Shown: positions 26,651 through 40,338 of the stretch, piece by piece
How the letters are laid out: the number at the start of each line of letters is the position of its first letter
Position numbering within the stretch: position 1 is the stretch's first letter
NCBI RefSeq assembly: GCF_018977255.1
Contig: NW_024704742.1
Span: forward strand, 44,394,001-44,458,000
From: Callorhinchus milii
Lineage: Eukaryota
Direction: 5' to 3'
Length of the DNA: 64,000 bases
The notes under the pieces: model-generated
Database searches by the model: none
Told to the model about the DNA's origin: nothing
Seen by the model: only the letters and a program-made list of their open reading frames with translations
Position numbers and translations under genes: made by a program

Positions 26651-29334
26651 GCTGTGATTGAAATTAGTGTCCAAACTGCTGTATTCGTTGAAAATAATGT
26701 GCTTGAAAAGTACACATTGTCAATCAATATCTGAAAGAGAAGGGCTAGTAGGTTAACACCTTGGGTGTGACCCTTCATAAAGCTGCTGCAAATATTTGTT
26801 TTTAAAATTGCTAGAATAATATTTTCTGTTCAGTAATCTTTAGTTATGTTGACACTTGTCTTCAATTTCATCACAGCTATTATAACATAGGGCTTGAGGC
26901 CTTTCCTGCTCAGCAGGATAGCTGAAAGTAAAACGTTTCAGCATTACAACTTTTCAGTCTATATGAAGAAGAAACAATCTTTGATGCTGTGCATTTCTTA
27001 ATTTCAGTGTCAATCCTCAATATTCAAAGGATTTTAAAAATATATAAATCATGGATTGCAAAATCATATTTAAAAGTAACATTTGTGTAAGACTAGGGTG
27101 TGCTATTGAATCTGTAAACTTCATTACCACAAATACAAAGGAAGAGGTTAGAAATCTTTTTTATACCAAATGTTATATGGACTTGACATCACAAGATCAC
27201 AAGGTTGTCTGGGTGTAGAAGGCCCTTTGGCCCTTCCGATCTCATCCTTCCAGAACTTCCACCCAATCACTAAATCAATGGAATGTCCAAGTAAAAACAG
27301 TGCTTAAAGCAGAATCCATAATAGCTTTTAAAATGGAATGAAGGCAAATATTTGAAAAAGAAAATATATAACGGCTTGGGAAAAAGAAAGGGGAATGAAA
27401 CTAAATGCAAAGCTTTTTTTTTAAGAGACCTGACACAGGCACAATCAATGATAAAATGACCTCCTTCTGTCCTTTAAAATCTTAAGATTCTATTTTGTGC
27501 CTCCAACCATCCCAATAAAAGAGAGTAACTAACAGCTGGGATGAGTTACCATGAATAGTGATCATTTAAGAAAAATCTTAATACTTTAATTGGAAATCGG
27601 ACAGCACTGTAGCACTGTAATTGGAAATGCAAGATTTTTTTTATAAGAAGACATGTTTGGTAGTTTGAAGGATGAAATCAAATGGGTTGCAGACTTTTCT
27701 TTAACTGGACTTACTTTGTGGTCATGTGAAGTACAGTGTCAAGGGATTGACATACTCATTGGTCAACATTTGTTGTCAAACCAACAGCTGTTAAAGCAGT
27801 TTGAATATAATAAAGGAAATTCAGTAGAGTTAAGATTAAAAAGGATGTTCTTTCTTTATGTTGGCCTTTTTAAATAAAGTTGTATTGTAATGTTCATTGA
27901 CAAATGCGTAACAACTATAAAACGCAGCTGACCTCCGAATAGAGATTAGTCAATATTTTCTGTGAAACCTTCCTGGCATGAATATAATTGCTAAAATGTT
28001 TTACTGCCTTTTTGTAGAGGCACAGGCTTTTTATTTACACTGAACAGGATGCCTGTTTGCTTTTGTTCCTCTGCTGTATAACTTGACATTGATTAGAATG
28101 AGGATGCAGCTCTCTGCACAAACCCTTTGACTTTCCTCAGCCAAAGTCATTAAGTTCTACTTACAGAACGGCTTAGTTGCAGCTCATGACTCATCAGAAA
28201 GGGAAGACAGGTACTTATCAATTTCCTTCCAATTAAAGTTACATAATGCTTCATATTTGATGGTGGCTGACTTCTCTAAGATATCCTTTCAACTTAGTAA
28301 AGTCCATTTCAAAAAGTTTAGCTATATTACAAATGACAAAGAATTGAACAACATTTTTTGGGTTTAGCTGGAATCCTGCTGTATCATACTTACCGCACAA
28401 TATAAATGTTTCAAAATATTACAGTTCAAAGAATGCAATATTATAAAAAAACCTTTAACATTTCCAACTACTGCATAATATCACTGCAGTAGGTAAATAG
28501 TAACAGCAAAGATAAGTACAAAACTAACAGATAATGCAGTGTTTCTGGTTTCTCGTTGTCAGCAAAAGACTCTTGAAATTGAGATTAAGTTATGTCATCC
28601 ATATTAATGTGAAAGATACTGCATCACTGATCAAATCTAAAATAAAATTACAAGGGTTGGGAATGCTGACAGTAATCTAAAAATATATTGGCTGTGGATA
28701 GCCAGAGAGAAAAAAAAATGATTTACTCTTGCAACCTTTGTGGTGTTTTTCCCAGTTGAAGGTTACTCTTCTGCTTTGAGTTCGATCTTTCCTTTAGCTG
28801 GCAGTAGTGGTAAATCTGGTGATTAATCTGCAGTCTTTGTGGTGTCGCAGAAAGATATGATGTTCTCTGCCAGACCAGTCGGTGGTGGTATTACAAGCAG
28901 CAATGTTTTGCTTGGATCATACAAGTTATATGGTACTGACAATGTTGCCCATCAAACTGGGGTCATAGAGCAACACTGGTGGTGAATACACTCAAACCTT
29001 ATATTACTTATGATAACTTGACAAAATTGCTTGCCTGAAAGCTGATTTCACAGCATTGGCTGTTGTCCAGATAAGATAGCCTAATCAGTTCTTAGTTTCC
29101 AACTCTTGATCTACTTGTCACGTATCAATATATTACATGTCACATGTAAAATATCACAAGACATAGCAATGTAACAGTCGGGTTCATTTAATACCTCCAT
29201 ATGGAAGGCAATTAAAGCTTGGAGGGTGACTTGGAAAGTCATTTTTTTTTAACTGAAATTGCATTAAAAGCTGCAATTTTAACACTGAGGGATTTGCAAA
29301 GAATTTGAGCCATGTTGCAAACAATTGGATTCGC

Positions 29335-29620
29335 AATAATCCACTGAGGGAAATGCAGTGGATGTAGTATATCTGCATTTCCAGAAGGCTTTTGATAAGT
29401 GCCATATGAGAGGCCCATGACTAAATCAGGGGCATGTGGAATTGTGGGAGAGGTAGCAGAATAGATTAGCGAACAGTTAGGAAACTGAAAGTAAAGGGTA
29501 GGAGTTAAGGATATCTTCTCAGGCTGGAAAGAAGTAGGAAGTGGTATTCCACAGTTATTCATGTTGGCACCACTACTGTTCATAATACACATAAATGATT
29601 TGGACACAAATCTAGTTACC
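29335..29620 (+). mobile_element. CR1 RT internal fragment
   Basis: GNAVDVVYLHFQKAFDK and YINDLD-like motifs. Confidence 0.8.
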
Positions 29621-30389
29621 ATGATTACTATTTAACTCAAGTCTAAATTAAAAGAATTAATTTACCGTGCATAGGATTACTTCTTGAATGAGAAAACCTG
29701 TGGCAATTCATTGGATATAAAGCTGAGCTGCAGCAGCAGCAAAAAAGATAGGACATCAGCTTCCAACATAGCAGAATTTGTTTTGATCAGCCAGCTGCCA
29801 GAAATGCTTAAGAGTATCCAATCCATTTTGAAATTTGTGGAGGGGATAGCCCTTCAGAAAACTCTGTGTCTGTGCTCAAGAGGAACTCTGTTAAACAACA
29901 ACCAAAGAGGGAAAAGGAAGAACCACAAATATTGGAGAAAAGGTGAAATGAAGGGCCAGGTATTCCGAAACCATAAAGAGAAAAGATAACAAGCTGGGTC
30001 ACGGTCACTGCACATTTTTTATGAAGGTGAAAAGAATCTCTCCCTCTTTTCTCTCAACTCTCTGTCCTTCATATCCCCAAGAATAAGCCTTGAGGCAGTT
30101 GCTAAACACATGAGTGCATATTGCTGCCTCTGCTGTGATGTCTCAATAACAGATATGCTGTATCTTCTTCTCACTGCTTCTACTGTTTCATTTTCCATCG
30201 ATTTTAAACTTAATCTTGATATTAACGAGATAAAAAAATGATTGAAAGATAACTCAATTAATTCCAAAATTGTATTTTGCATTAGAAAAACTGAAATAAG
30301 TTTCAAAGCTAAAAGCTTTGGTTCCCAGCTATTTCTTTTCCCGTCGCTCCCTTCACAAACCCCTCCAGCACAAAAACAGCTTCCGTCAA

Positions 30390-31718
30390 TGTGACAAATG
30401 ACATTTTGTCCATCTGTGGCCAGGGTTCCCTCTGCCGCCTCATTCTCCTTGACCACTCTGCTGCCTTCAATACCGTTGACCACTCTATCCTCCTCCATCG
30501 CCTCTCCTCTCACCTCAACCTTCATGGTTCTATCCTTGAGTGGTTCAGATCCTACCTCACACAACGACTCCACTTCATCTCCACAAACAGTTTCTCCTCT
30601 AGGCCCCACACCATCTCATGCGGCATTCCTCAACTTCCACATGTATGCGGATGACACCCAACTCTACCTCTCTACCTCCACCCTTGACTCCAGGATCACT
30701 GCTGTGCTGACAGAATGCCGGTCAGACATCAAGTCCTGGATGAGAGCTAGCTTTCTACAGTTTAACGTCAAAAGACCGAGGCCCTCCTGATTGGCTCCTG
30801 TCAGCGCTTCCTCACCTCAAGTGCTGACAGCATCCCCATCCAAGGATGCACACTCCACCTTGCTAAGCCACCTTCGCCCACAAATATATGGTCAATTCAC
30901 TTTACAGCATTTTCTGTGAAGTGCTTTGAGACGTCTAGAAGACGTGAAAAGCGCTATATCAAATGCAAGGATTATTATTATTATTATTGGCTTCTTGTTT
31001 GCCCTCAACTATCTTTTTTAACCAGATCCATGCCATGGCCCACTCTGCCTTCCCCCACCTCTGCAACTCGGCCAGCTCTGCCACTGTCGCATACCACAGG
31101 CCGCCAAAACCCTCATACATGCATTCATAACATCCAGGCTTGACTATGTAAACTCCCTGCTTGTCAGCCTCCCCAACTCCTCCCTCCATCGGCTGCAGAT
31201 CATCCAGAACTTTGCAGCCCGTGTCCTCTCCCGCACCAGGCTCCATCACCCTATCACCCCCAATCTCGCCCAACACCACTGGCTTCCCATCATACAGAAG
31301 ATACAGTTCAAGATCCTGGTCCTCACCTTCAAAGCCCTCCATGGCCTCGCTCTCCGCTACATCTCCGACCTTCTAATCCTCTAACAACTTGCCCGCTCTC
31401 TCCACTCAGCAGGCTCTGGCCTGCTTCACGTCCCTCGCCTTGTCCGCCCCATCATTGGCGGGTGGGCCTTCAGCCACTCTGCCCCCACCCTCCGGAACTC
31501 CATCCCGCAATCACTCCATCTTACCCCCTCCCTTGCCTCATTCAAAACCTGTCTCAAGACCCTTCTCTTTAACTGTGCCTTTGATCACCCTCCTTCCCCC
31601 CTGCCCTCCACCCTCCCTGATCCTGATCCCAAGCTCAGGCCCGAAACACTGATTGTCCAGCTCCTTGGGATGTCCTCCTGACATGAAAGGCGCTATACAA
31701 CTGTAATTTTGTTGTTGT
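30390..31718 (+). mobile_element. Degenerate L2 (RT to 3' tail) interrupted by a SINE 3' fragment
   Basis: [34 protein letters not shown]; tail near 31690-31718. Confidence 0.9.
30871..30988 (+). mobile_element. SINE 3' fragment nested in L2
   Basis: ttcgcccacaaatatatggtcaattcactttacag...gattattattatt. Confidence 0.85.
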
Positions 31719-33657
31719 AAAAGCTACTCATTACCTCAATTATTTCACACAATTGTCAGTGTGACACAAACAGATGGATGTGGAATGTTTTTGGCGTAGG
31801 TTCTCTCAAACATTGAAAGTGAATTGAAGCAGTTAGATTGCCCAGAGGAGAAATCTGAAAGAGGCTGCTTTGTTTGACTTGTAATAATACAATTTGGATA
31901 TAAATGATAGTTTCATAAAACATTTTGCTTCTTTGTGATTTCTTTATCCAGTGAAAAGAAGTATAGCAAAGAGTAAAGAACATAGAGACATGGCTGACAT
32001 GCAAAATATTTCATAGAGGTACATGGAACGATAAGTTACAGAAACATGCCATTTAGCTCAACCAATCTGTAATGTTTGTGTTTATGCTCCACATGAGCCA
32101 CCACCTCTGACCTATTCCCTCACCTCTGCCCCTTTATTCCCTAATATTGTTCAGAATGCATTCTGAAGAAGCATTGATTGAAAGTGAAGATAAAGCTGTC
32201 AGCAAATGAAGTTAAAGAATAGGGCAGCCAAGATAGCTTAGATATTTTAACATCATTACAGGAGTGTTGCTAACTATTTTAAGTCGTTGTAGGCCAACAG
32301 GTTGGTATAACATTGAAACATTCTGACCTGAGCGCTGGAAGGATTATTAACAGCTAACAATTCAAGCAATGAAACAGGGTTGTTAAGGGTCATTGATACG
32401 GCAAATGCTCTGCAAGAGATAATACAATACTCTGCAAGAGTTTATGAGATTGTCAGGGGATTTGCAGCAACATTATTGGATGATGAAGGACTTTTTAGCA
32501 AGTAGGTTAAGGATAACCAATTCACACAATGATGGTTTTGACCTAAACTTCATCCCATGGGTAGAGACCATTCATAAACCCCCACGTGTATCGATTTAAT
32601 CTAAATCTCTTACTGTCATCTTAAATTTAGATGGAAGATGAAACAAGGCAACTCACTCTCCCAGAGTTTGATTTATTTTGACTTTAGGATCTGTGGCATA
32701 AGACTCGTAAATTAGGGTTACATTAACTGGAGCTAAACAAAAATTCAATTTGATGTGCATAAAATTCAGTTGCTATTTTAAATATTGGAAGTTACCTCGA
32801 AGAAGCATTTGGTTTAATTGCTTCCCTCTTAGCCATATCTGAATATAAGATTAACTGGGAAAATGGAGAATGCTCAACATTGTGCAGGGTGATGCTTTGA
32901 AGGTTGGTCAATCTATGAACTTTCCTGATGGTCCATACACTTTCCAACTGGTGTGTCAGCCTGGCTCAGCTGGTTGCACTTTCACTCCAATTTGCACTTG
33001 CTCTCTCCTTCAGTTTCAATTGTAATAGCAAGGAAACAGATGAAGAAAAGTAAACAAGAAGTTTTCAAGCTAGGATAAAAGGTTAGAACAGATAGGAAAT
33101 GGCAAAAATAAATCATCATTTAAAAAAGTAAAGAGAAAATAAAATTTAAAGAGCAATAACAGGACAAGAATAGCAATAGTTTTGAAAAAATGTTTGATGT
33201 TTACTTAAAATTGTTTTATATTTATTTTAGGAGGTCAGGGTGAATATTACAATTCATACGAATGCTCATTTTAGAGTGGCTTTATTAGAATATTAAGTGT
33301 AGCAGTGCACAGAGGAATTTCTGCAGACTCACAGATGCACAAAGGGTAAGAATACTCAAAATTACAATACTCTAATCTTAATAATAATCCTTGCATTTGA
33401 TGTAGTGCCTTATGTCTTCGAGATGTCTGTTAGATTCCCTTTCCTACAAAATACACAGTCACTACACTTCACAGTAAAATCCTGTGAAACACTTTGAGGG
33501 GTCCTCCAGATGTGAAAGGTACTATATCAAAGGCAAAGGTTTTTATATCATCATTATTTTAATTTACTTTAAGTTCATTTAGTAATTTTGCAAATAGACT
33601 ATGTAGTTATTCTACAGTCATCTTTTCTCAGTGGATGATTTATTCAGTCTTTTTGAA

Positions 33658-34381
33658 TAACAACAACAACAAAATTACATTTATGGAGCGCCTTTCACAT
33701 CGGGAGGATGTCCCAAGGTGCTGGACAGTCAGGGGTCAGGACCTGAGCATGGGGGAGGGGTGGGGTATGGGTGACGGAAGGCAGAGAGGTGGGAGGGCGA
33801 CTGAAGGCACGGTCGAAGAGGAGCGTCTTGAGACCGGCCTTGAAGGAGGCAAGGGAGGAAGCGAGGCGAAGGGACAGTGGGATTGAGTTCCAGAGTGTGG
33901 GGGAAGAGAGGCTGAAAGCCCGGCCACCGATGGTAGGGAGTGTTAGGCGGGAGACATGGAGCAGGCCGGAGCCCCCTGAACGGAGGGAGCGGGCAGGTTG
34001 GTAGGGAGTCAGCAGATCAGTAAGGTAGGAGGGGCGAGGCCATGGATGGCCTTGAAAGTGCGGATGAGGATCTTGAATTCGATCCTCTGAGGGATGGGGA
34101 GCCAGTGGAGTTGGGCGAGGGTGGGAGTGATGGGGTTGCGGAGCCTGGTGCATGAGAGTACACGAACTGCAGAGTTTTGGATGATCTGCAGCTTGTGAAG
34201 GGAAGAGTTGGGAAGGCCGATGAGGAGGGAGTTCCCATAATCGAGCCTTGAGGTGATGAATGCGCGGCTGAGGGTTTTGGCAGCCTGAGGGGTGAAACAG
34301 TGGCGGAGTCTGGCAATGTTGCGGAGGTGGTGGTAGGCTGTGCTGGTCATGGTGTGGATGTGGGGGAGAAAGGACAGTTCA
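33658..34381 (-). mobile_element. 5'-truncated L2 copy, related subfamily
   Basis: ORF 34009-34401: ELSFLPHI, SRLDYGNSLL, LHWLPIPQRIEFKI; tail present. Confidence 0.9.
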
Positions 34382-34569
34382 GTGGCACGTTCGTGGATCA
34401 TCTTCCTAGGATGGTGGTGGAAATTGTTTGAGTCAGCAAATCCAAGAGGGAATCAGGAGGCTATTTGGTAGAATATTTTACCAACAATATTTTCTCCAAG
34501 ATTGCACTATACTTCCTATATCCTACGAATGCTAATTGCTTTTTTTCTGATTTTCTCTCCACTGTCTTT

Positions 34570-34920
34570 AAGGCAGCGTGTCTCTCTGCTCCTGGTCTGA
34601 CCTCCTCCTGCTGGGGTGCAGTTCCATGGGCGCGGCTTGCCCACTGGTAGCCCGCCAAGTGGTCAGTATTTATAAGTGAGTGTTGGCAGGCCATTTGACA
34701 CTAGAAGGTATCACAGTTGAAAATGGCCTCTTGCCACCCAGGGAGTACAACCAGTAGAGGATGCTGTAGAGACTAGGAATAGGATCTCCAGGCTGGGAAC
34801 AATGAAGTCTTCCTATGCAATCCTGGCTGAGACCAACAAATTTTGCCTTGACCAAGAATCAAACCTATGAGCTCCTGATCCATAAGCAGCAGCTCTATCA
34901 ATGATACCACTGGGGCTGCT
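34570..34920 (-). mobile_element. Ancient tRNA-head SINE-like repeat (related copies at 18535-18900 and ~25690-25850)
   Basis: Shared ctgctcctg..., caagtggtca, agtgttggcagg blocks; reverse tRNA-like head near 34850-34920. Confidence 0.5.
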
Positions 34921-35189
34921 CAACAGTGTTTTCTCCAATGAAATACCTACATGTCAAGTAGCCTCACGAGACGTAGGATGCACCTACTAGATATCAAGTA
35001 TGAGGCATGGTCTGTGCTGAGCTGGGGAAAATACAGAGATTTAGCTAGAATTTTGCCATTTACCACACGGCATTGACACAAAAAGGGCACGGTAGTCGTG
35101 GATTGTTGTGTAGTTTTTGTCACAATGAAAGGGATTGAGGGTACTAATATGATAGTCAAGCCAACATTACAAACAAACAAATTAATAAT

Positions 35190-35319
35190 AATATTAGTAA
35201 TACTTGCATTTGATATAGCGTTTTATCACATCACTGAGATGTCTCAAAGAGCTTCATAGAATATACTGTAAAGTGGATTGACTGTGTATTTTGTGGGTTA
35301 AACTCGGCAGCCAATTGCA
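35190..35319 (-). mobile_element. SINE 3' half
   Basis: Tail and core, ending at ccaattgca. Confidence 0.8.
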
Positions 35320-35326
35320 GAGATCC

Positions 35327-36123
35327 TGCAGAAAGAGGAAGCTCGCTAATACATGAGGAATTCTCGGAATGCACTTGTTAGAATTTACACTTTTTATATA
35401 ATGTTAGAATCATAATAGATGTTGCGAACGGGTTAACTTTTAAGTTAAGTGTGTTGTGGGCAGCTGGACTGAAACTCCCTACACGTACACGAGATAACGG
35501 ACTGTCTCAAGGACAGTGTGTTTGTGTGTGTGAGGCACGTACACCCCATGAGGTGTTCACGTGAACCCAGCATGATTTCGACCGGGTGATCTAATATCCA
35601 CACCATGATTGATGAATATTGGTATAAGAGTTCCAATAACTTTGTGTACGGGGCCGTCCCGGGTCGCGGAGACAAGGATACGGGAGATGGAGCCGTCCCG
35701 GGTCGCGGAGACTAGGATACGGGAGATGGAGCCATCCCGGGTCGTGGAGACAAGGATACGGGAGATGGAGCCATCCCGGGTCGTGGAGACAAGGATACGG
35801 GAGATGGAGCCGTCCCGGGTCGTGGAGACAAGGATACAGAGATGGAAGACTGAGAGCTGGAAACACTAAGACTGAGGATATCAGATGGAAGATTGAAAGC
35901 TGTAAGCAAGAAGACTGAAAGCATGAAGAATCAAGCTTGTGTGCTGAAAAGACACAGTGTTGAACTCTTGAACTCGAGATATCTATAGTGGTGTTATTCT
36001 GTTATAAGATCTATTGGTTGTACCGGCCTTTGGTCTGACCCATCGGGATATTGGGGAATAACGAACGAATTATAATAAAACAGTCTGATATCTGATTAGA
36101 GGAATTAGCGTTATTTCCTTGCA
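35327..36123 (+). mobile_element. Probable solo LTR containing the minisatellite
   Basis: TGCA...TGCA termini, CpG-rich relative to flanks, AATAAA ~45 bp before the end; TSD not convincing. Confidence 0.4.
35653..35846. repeat. Minisatellite, 39-bp unit x5
   Basis: gccgtcccgggtcg(c/t)ggagacaaggatacgggagatgga tandem, no spacers. Confidence 0.97.
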
Positions 36124-38124
36124 GATTTGGCTGATTTTATTTTCTAACACACTGTATTCACATTTGGAGGAGGTGCATTGTACATCTTTCCCAGAAATGA
36201 CATGTGTGTATACAGAAATAGAGTCAGTGACTTAGGAATGACGAAGGAGATGTGCTGAGAGGGTCACTGGTGATAACAATCAGAGCTGTAAAAGTCAAGT
36301 TAGGCTGGTATTCCACAAGCCAGCACTAAAATACAACTGATTTCTGAGAGAACCTATGAAAGTTTCCTTACAACATGAGGCAACAGGTTCAATTGTGTTG
36401 AGGGCCAACTAAACGGATAGTGTTGGGCCCAACCATTTTGCCAAGCCAAAGTCAGGACGGTGTTCAGACACTGACTTGGCTACCATGTACGAATTATCAC
36501 ATCGAATGCCACATTTTGCACTCTGTAATTACTCCACACTTACGACCAAAATAGTCTTTAACAGTCATAGAAACGATAATTCTGCTAATAATTTCTGACT
36601 GCATCAGAAAGGTTACATGTCCTAACCAGCAGCTTTATGTTTATTGTTAAATCCATAGAACTCTTCAGTTTCTTAAGTGTCATTTACATTGTCCTGCCTT
36701 GGCGCTTCTCTTGGAATTTTGCTATTGTGACTGTTTTGCTGTTGAAAGGTTTTAAGAGTTGATTTCCTCACAGTAGTTTGACCTGCTGCCATCCAGTTGT
36801 AAATGTTTTGTTGGTTCAAATAGATTGGTTTGTTTCCCTAATGGCCTTTTTAATGGAATTGTGAAGCATGGTATTCCCACTGGCCTTGAATGCATTAGCA
36901 GCTTACACCATAGTGTTGGCCTTGAGATACTCACATGGTTTAAAATGCAGTAAAGGCATGTTGCCCTGCAGACATTCTATTTGAAAGACAACTCAGAAAT
37001 CTCCAGATACAAAGCCTCCTCCTAAGGTGAAAACTAGCTACTGACTGCATTAAGGAGACGAAACGGCAAGTACAGTAACTGCCACATTCCACATTGCACT
37101 TCAGCTGTAAGTTGCATAACAAGAACTGTTCCAAAGACAAAACACTGCTTCCCATTTCTTGTTTATAACTTGCTTGTTTTTTTAGAATCACTGCAGAAGA
37201 ATGCAGCAAATTCTACTGTGCAATTTGATTGTACGACACACAAAGAGCAAACATTTGTTGGTAACTGGAAAAGGATTATACCATGTTATACCTGATCCAA
37301 ACATTCCTTTACCAACTATTCTCTCTCCTACACTACCTCTGCAGCTCACTGCACTCCCTCACACCTATAAACATGTAAAACATTTCAGTTACTCCATATT
37401 TTATATGTAATCTTCAGCTTTCCAGAGCAGTGGCTGTCAGTCTCAGGCTGACTTGTCACTGAAAAACAGGACTGAATAATAAATGCTGTGGCACTACTCA
37501 TTTTAGAACTCAGAAAGACGTTTTTGCAGATTCAAGCCAATTTGTAATATATTTATCCTCACAGCACAAAACTACACATAATTCAACAGTGAAGGCATAA
37601 GCTCTCATCCAGTCCTAGTCTTGATTTTAAAATTGAAAAATCTCAAAGAATTATGGATTTTTAAAAAAATCGGTCTCAATTTGGAAACTGATTATTTTCC
37701 AGAACTGTAGAAAATCAGATTCCATATTAAGACTGAATTTAAGAATTTTCCATAATTTTGTGTAATTTTAAATTTGAAGACAAGATGATCTTACAGATTA
37801 AGACTGGGTCAAATTTGGCGCAATAAACTGTTATATTCATACAGAGCTTCCAAACAGTGCTTGGTGTGGAACATTGAAAATATCAAGCTGATGCAGTAGG
37901 GGTGCTTTCTTGAAAGCATGTCAGGATAAACTTTTAATTTGCACCAAGCTATACCTGTCTAGTGAAGGCTCGGTTTAACACTGAATACCCAAGGCAAGAA
38001 AGTGTTCCATTCCCCAGGAACGATATCCCTCTCCTTTGTTTGCACAAAATTCAACAACAGAAAGTTGAGAAATTAAGGAAAAGGCTTCCTAACTAAAGGG
38101 AAGAGCAGTACTCTAACTTTGAAC

Positions 38125-38555
38125 GTGGGTGTCAGCTTAGCTCAATAGGTATCACGCTCATTTCTCAATCAGAAGGTTTTGGTTCACGACCCATGTTGAG
38201 ACCTTGAGGTCTAGGTCATGGTCTAGGCTGACACGCCAATGCAGTGCTGGGAGATTGCTGAGTTATTGGAGGTGTACTCCTTTGGATGCGATATTAAATT
38301 GAAGTCTTGCCTGCCTCTTTAGGTTAAATACCATGTTAAAGATCCTGTGGCACCATTCCAAAATAGAAGGAAGTTCCTTCCAGCCAATAATTCCCTAAAT
38401 AAAATTGCTCATTCACTTCATGGATGTTTGTGGGATATAGCTTTGCGCAAATTGACCGTTGCATTTACCAACAATATAACACAGTAACACACTTTGCTGT
38501 AAAGTGATTTGAAATGTTTTTATGATGTGAAAAGGTACAAGTATTATAAAAGTAT
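38125..38555 (+). mobile_element. Older full-length Deu-domain SINE (SacSINE1/AmnSINE1-like)
   Basis: tRNA head, ctaggctgacac..cagtgctgggag, taaagatcc..tggcac, tgtttgtgggat..gcgcaaattg, L2-type tail. Confidence 0.75.
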
Positions 38556-39384
38556 TAGTCAATCACTCCCGGAAGTGTAAATCTATTTCACATTATTTTT
38601 CAAATCGTTTCTCATTATATTGTCGCTGTCAGAGCTTCACAGTTCCATGAGGTGCTGTATGATTATATTAAATGTGAATCCATTGTAATTGTGGTAATTC
38701 TATGTGATTAGGGTAGAATGGCACTGAAAAAGATAACACATATAATGCCATAATGCCGAAAAGCAGATATCTGGTAAATATAATACATATGACAAAGACA
38801 GCAGGACATTGGGGGATAGGTTCAAGGTTGCGAAGGGCAATTGTAGGACAGGACGGCTGGTTGAGGCTACAATGATGGACTCATTTATGAAACAATTTGA
38901 TACTATAATACGAGACAGTAAATTGGAGATTCCAGTAGGGGTGAAAAATGCAATGATTCAAAGCAGATTCCATGTGGCAATTAACATACTTGTTAAGAAA
39001 CAATGTAATTTCAATGAATAATTATGGGTTGCTTTTGGGTGTAAACACCCCCTGGCTTTAGCATAATGGTTTTATTTGAAGTATCTTTTCAAAATACATT
39101 ACAAATTTACATTAAAATAACGCCTTTCAAATCAGGAGCACGTCCCAAGGTGCTTAGCGTATTTGGGTGCCACATTGAACACCCATTCAGCAATATTGGA
39201 CAAAAATACTTTTTAATCAACCCTGGGGTTTCTGGGGTTTTGAAGAGCCCCTTTGGTTTTGTCACAATGTTTGGGTCTGAAGATCTTTGTCCTCCTGATC
39301 ATGGAGCATTGAATATTTGTGCAACTAATAGTCGGCTGACAGCTTAATGTAAGTGTTTATTCAAATATATTTTGCCTTCAGTAG

Positions 39385-39805
39385 CTTGCTCTGACCAATT
39401 TGCCTGACAGACATTAAGCCCTGGATGAGTTCCAACTTTCTACAGCTCAATGTCAATAAAACCGAGGCTCCTTTGCTTAGCTCCCATCAGCACCTTCTCA
39501 CTTCAAACATCGACTGCAGTGATCTACAAAGTTGCTCACTCCACTTCACAGAACCTGTGCAGAACATTGTTCAACCTCCAACTGTATTTTACACCTTACA
39601 TCTAGGATCTTACTATATTTGCGGTCCCTCCTCATCATTCTCCACCTCTGGCACCAACCTCTCCTCACAGGCTGCTGAGAGTATCATCATGCCGCCTCAC
39701 CTCCAAGTTTGATTATCAAAGGCTCTCCTCCCTGAACTTCCCAGCTTTTTCCTACACAAGCTACAGACTATCCAGAACTTTGCAGTCCATGTCCTTTCCT
39801 GCCAT
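39385..39805 (+). mobile_element. Old L2 internal fragment
   Basis: WMSSNFLQLNVNKTEA motif. Confidence 0.75.
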
Positions 39806-39976
39806 AGGGATATTATGTTAATATGCCCCTGACATAAGACAGTGTCAAAACATCTTAATGGGTTGAGGCATGAAGCCCCTTCCTGCTTTTACTGATTTTA
39901 GGTGTGCAATGTTCTAAAGGGCAGGTTTTGACAAAGAACTTCTTATGTGACTGATACATCCCTTAATGTATCATAG

Positions 39977-40338
39977 TAATAATAATAATAATCCTTGCAT
40001 TCGATATAGTGCTTTATCATGCTTTCGAGGCATCTCAAATCGCTTCAAAGAATATACTATAAAGTGAATTGACTGTATATTTTGTGGGCAAAACGCAGCA
40101 GCCATTGCGCACAGCAGTGTCTCACAATCGTGGATTGAATGATCAATTTGCTATTATTATTTTTTGAAGGAATTATTACCCCCGGAAAAGGATCCACCAA
40201 TCGACTAACAACTGGGTTCCTACAGCTAGGTAAACAGAGGTGTGTGGAGTGAGGGAACCTGCCCAAGGTTTCACCCTGACGGAAAGTAAATCCAGGTCTC
40301 TAGCTTGTGAGGGGAGTGCTCTAACCACTGACCTACAG
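39977..40338 (-). mobile_element. Same SINE family, long form
   Basis: Aligns to 20825-21213. Confidence 0.9.

Noticed and set aside
29684..29989. 101-aa ORF as a host exon
   Set aside because: No recognisable domain or convincing splice context.
35653..35846. CRISPR array or repeat-protein CDS (EMEPSRVVETRIR)n
   Set aside because: Units are contiguous with no spacers and the context is eukaryotic. ORFs on both strands arise because 39 is divisible by 3.
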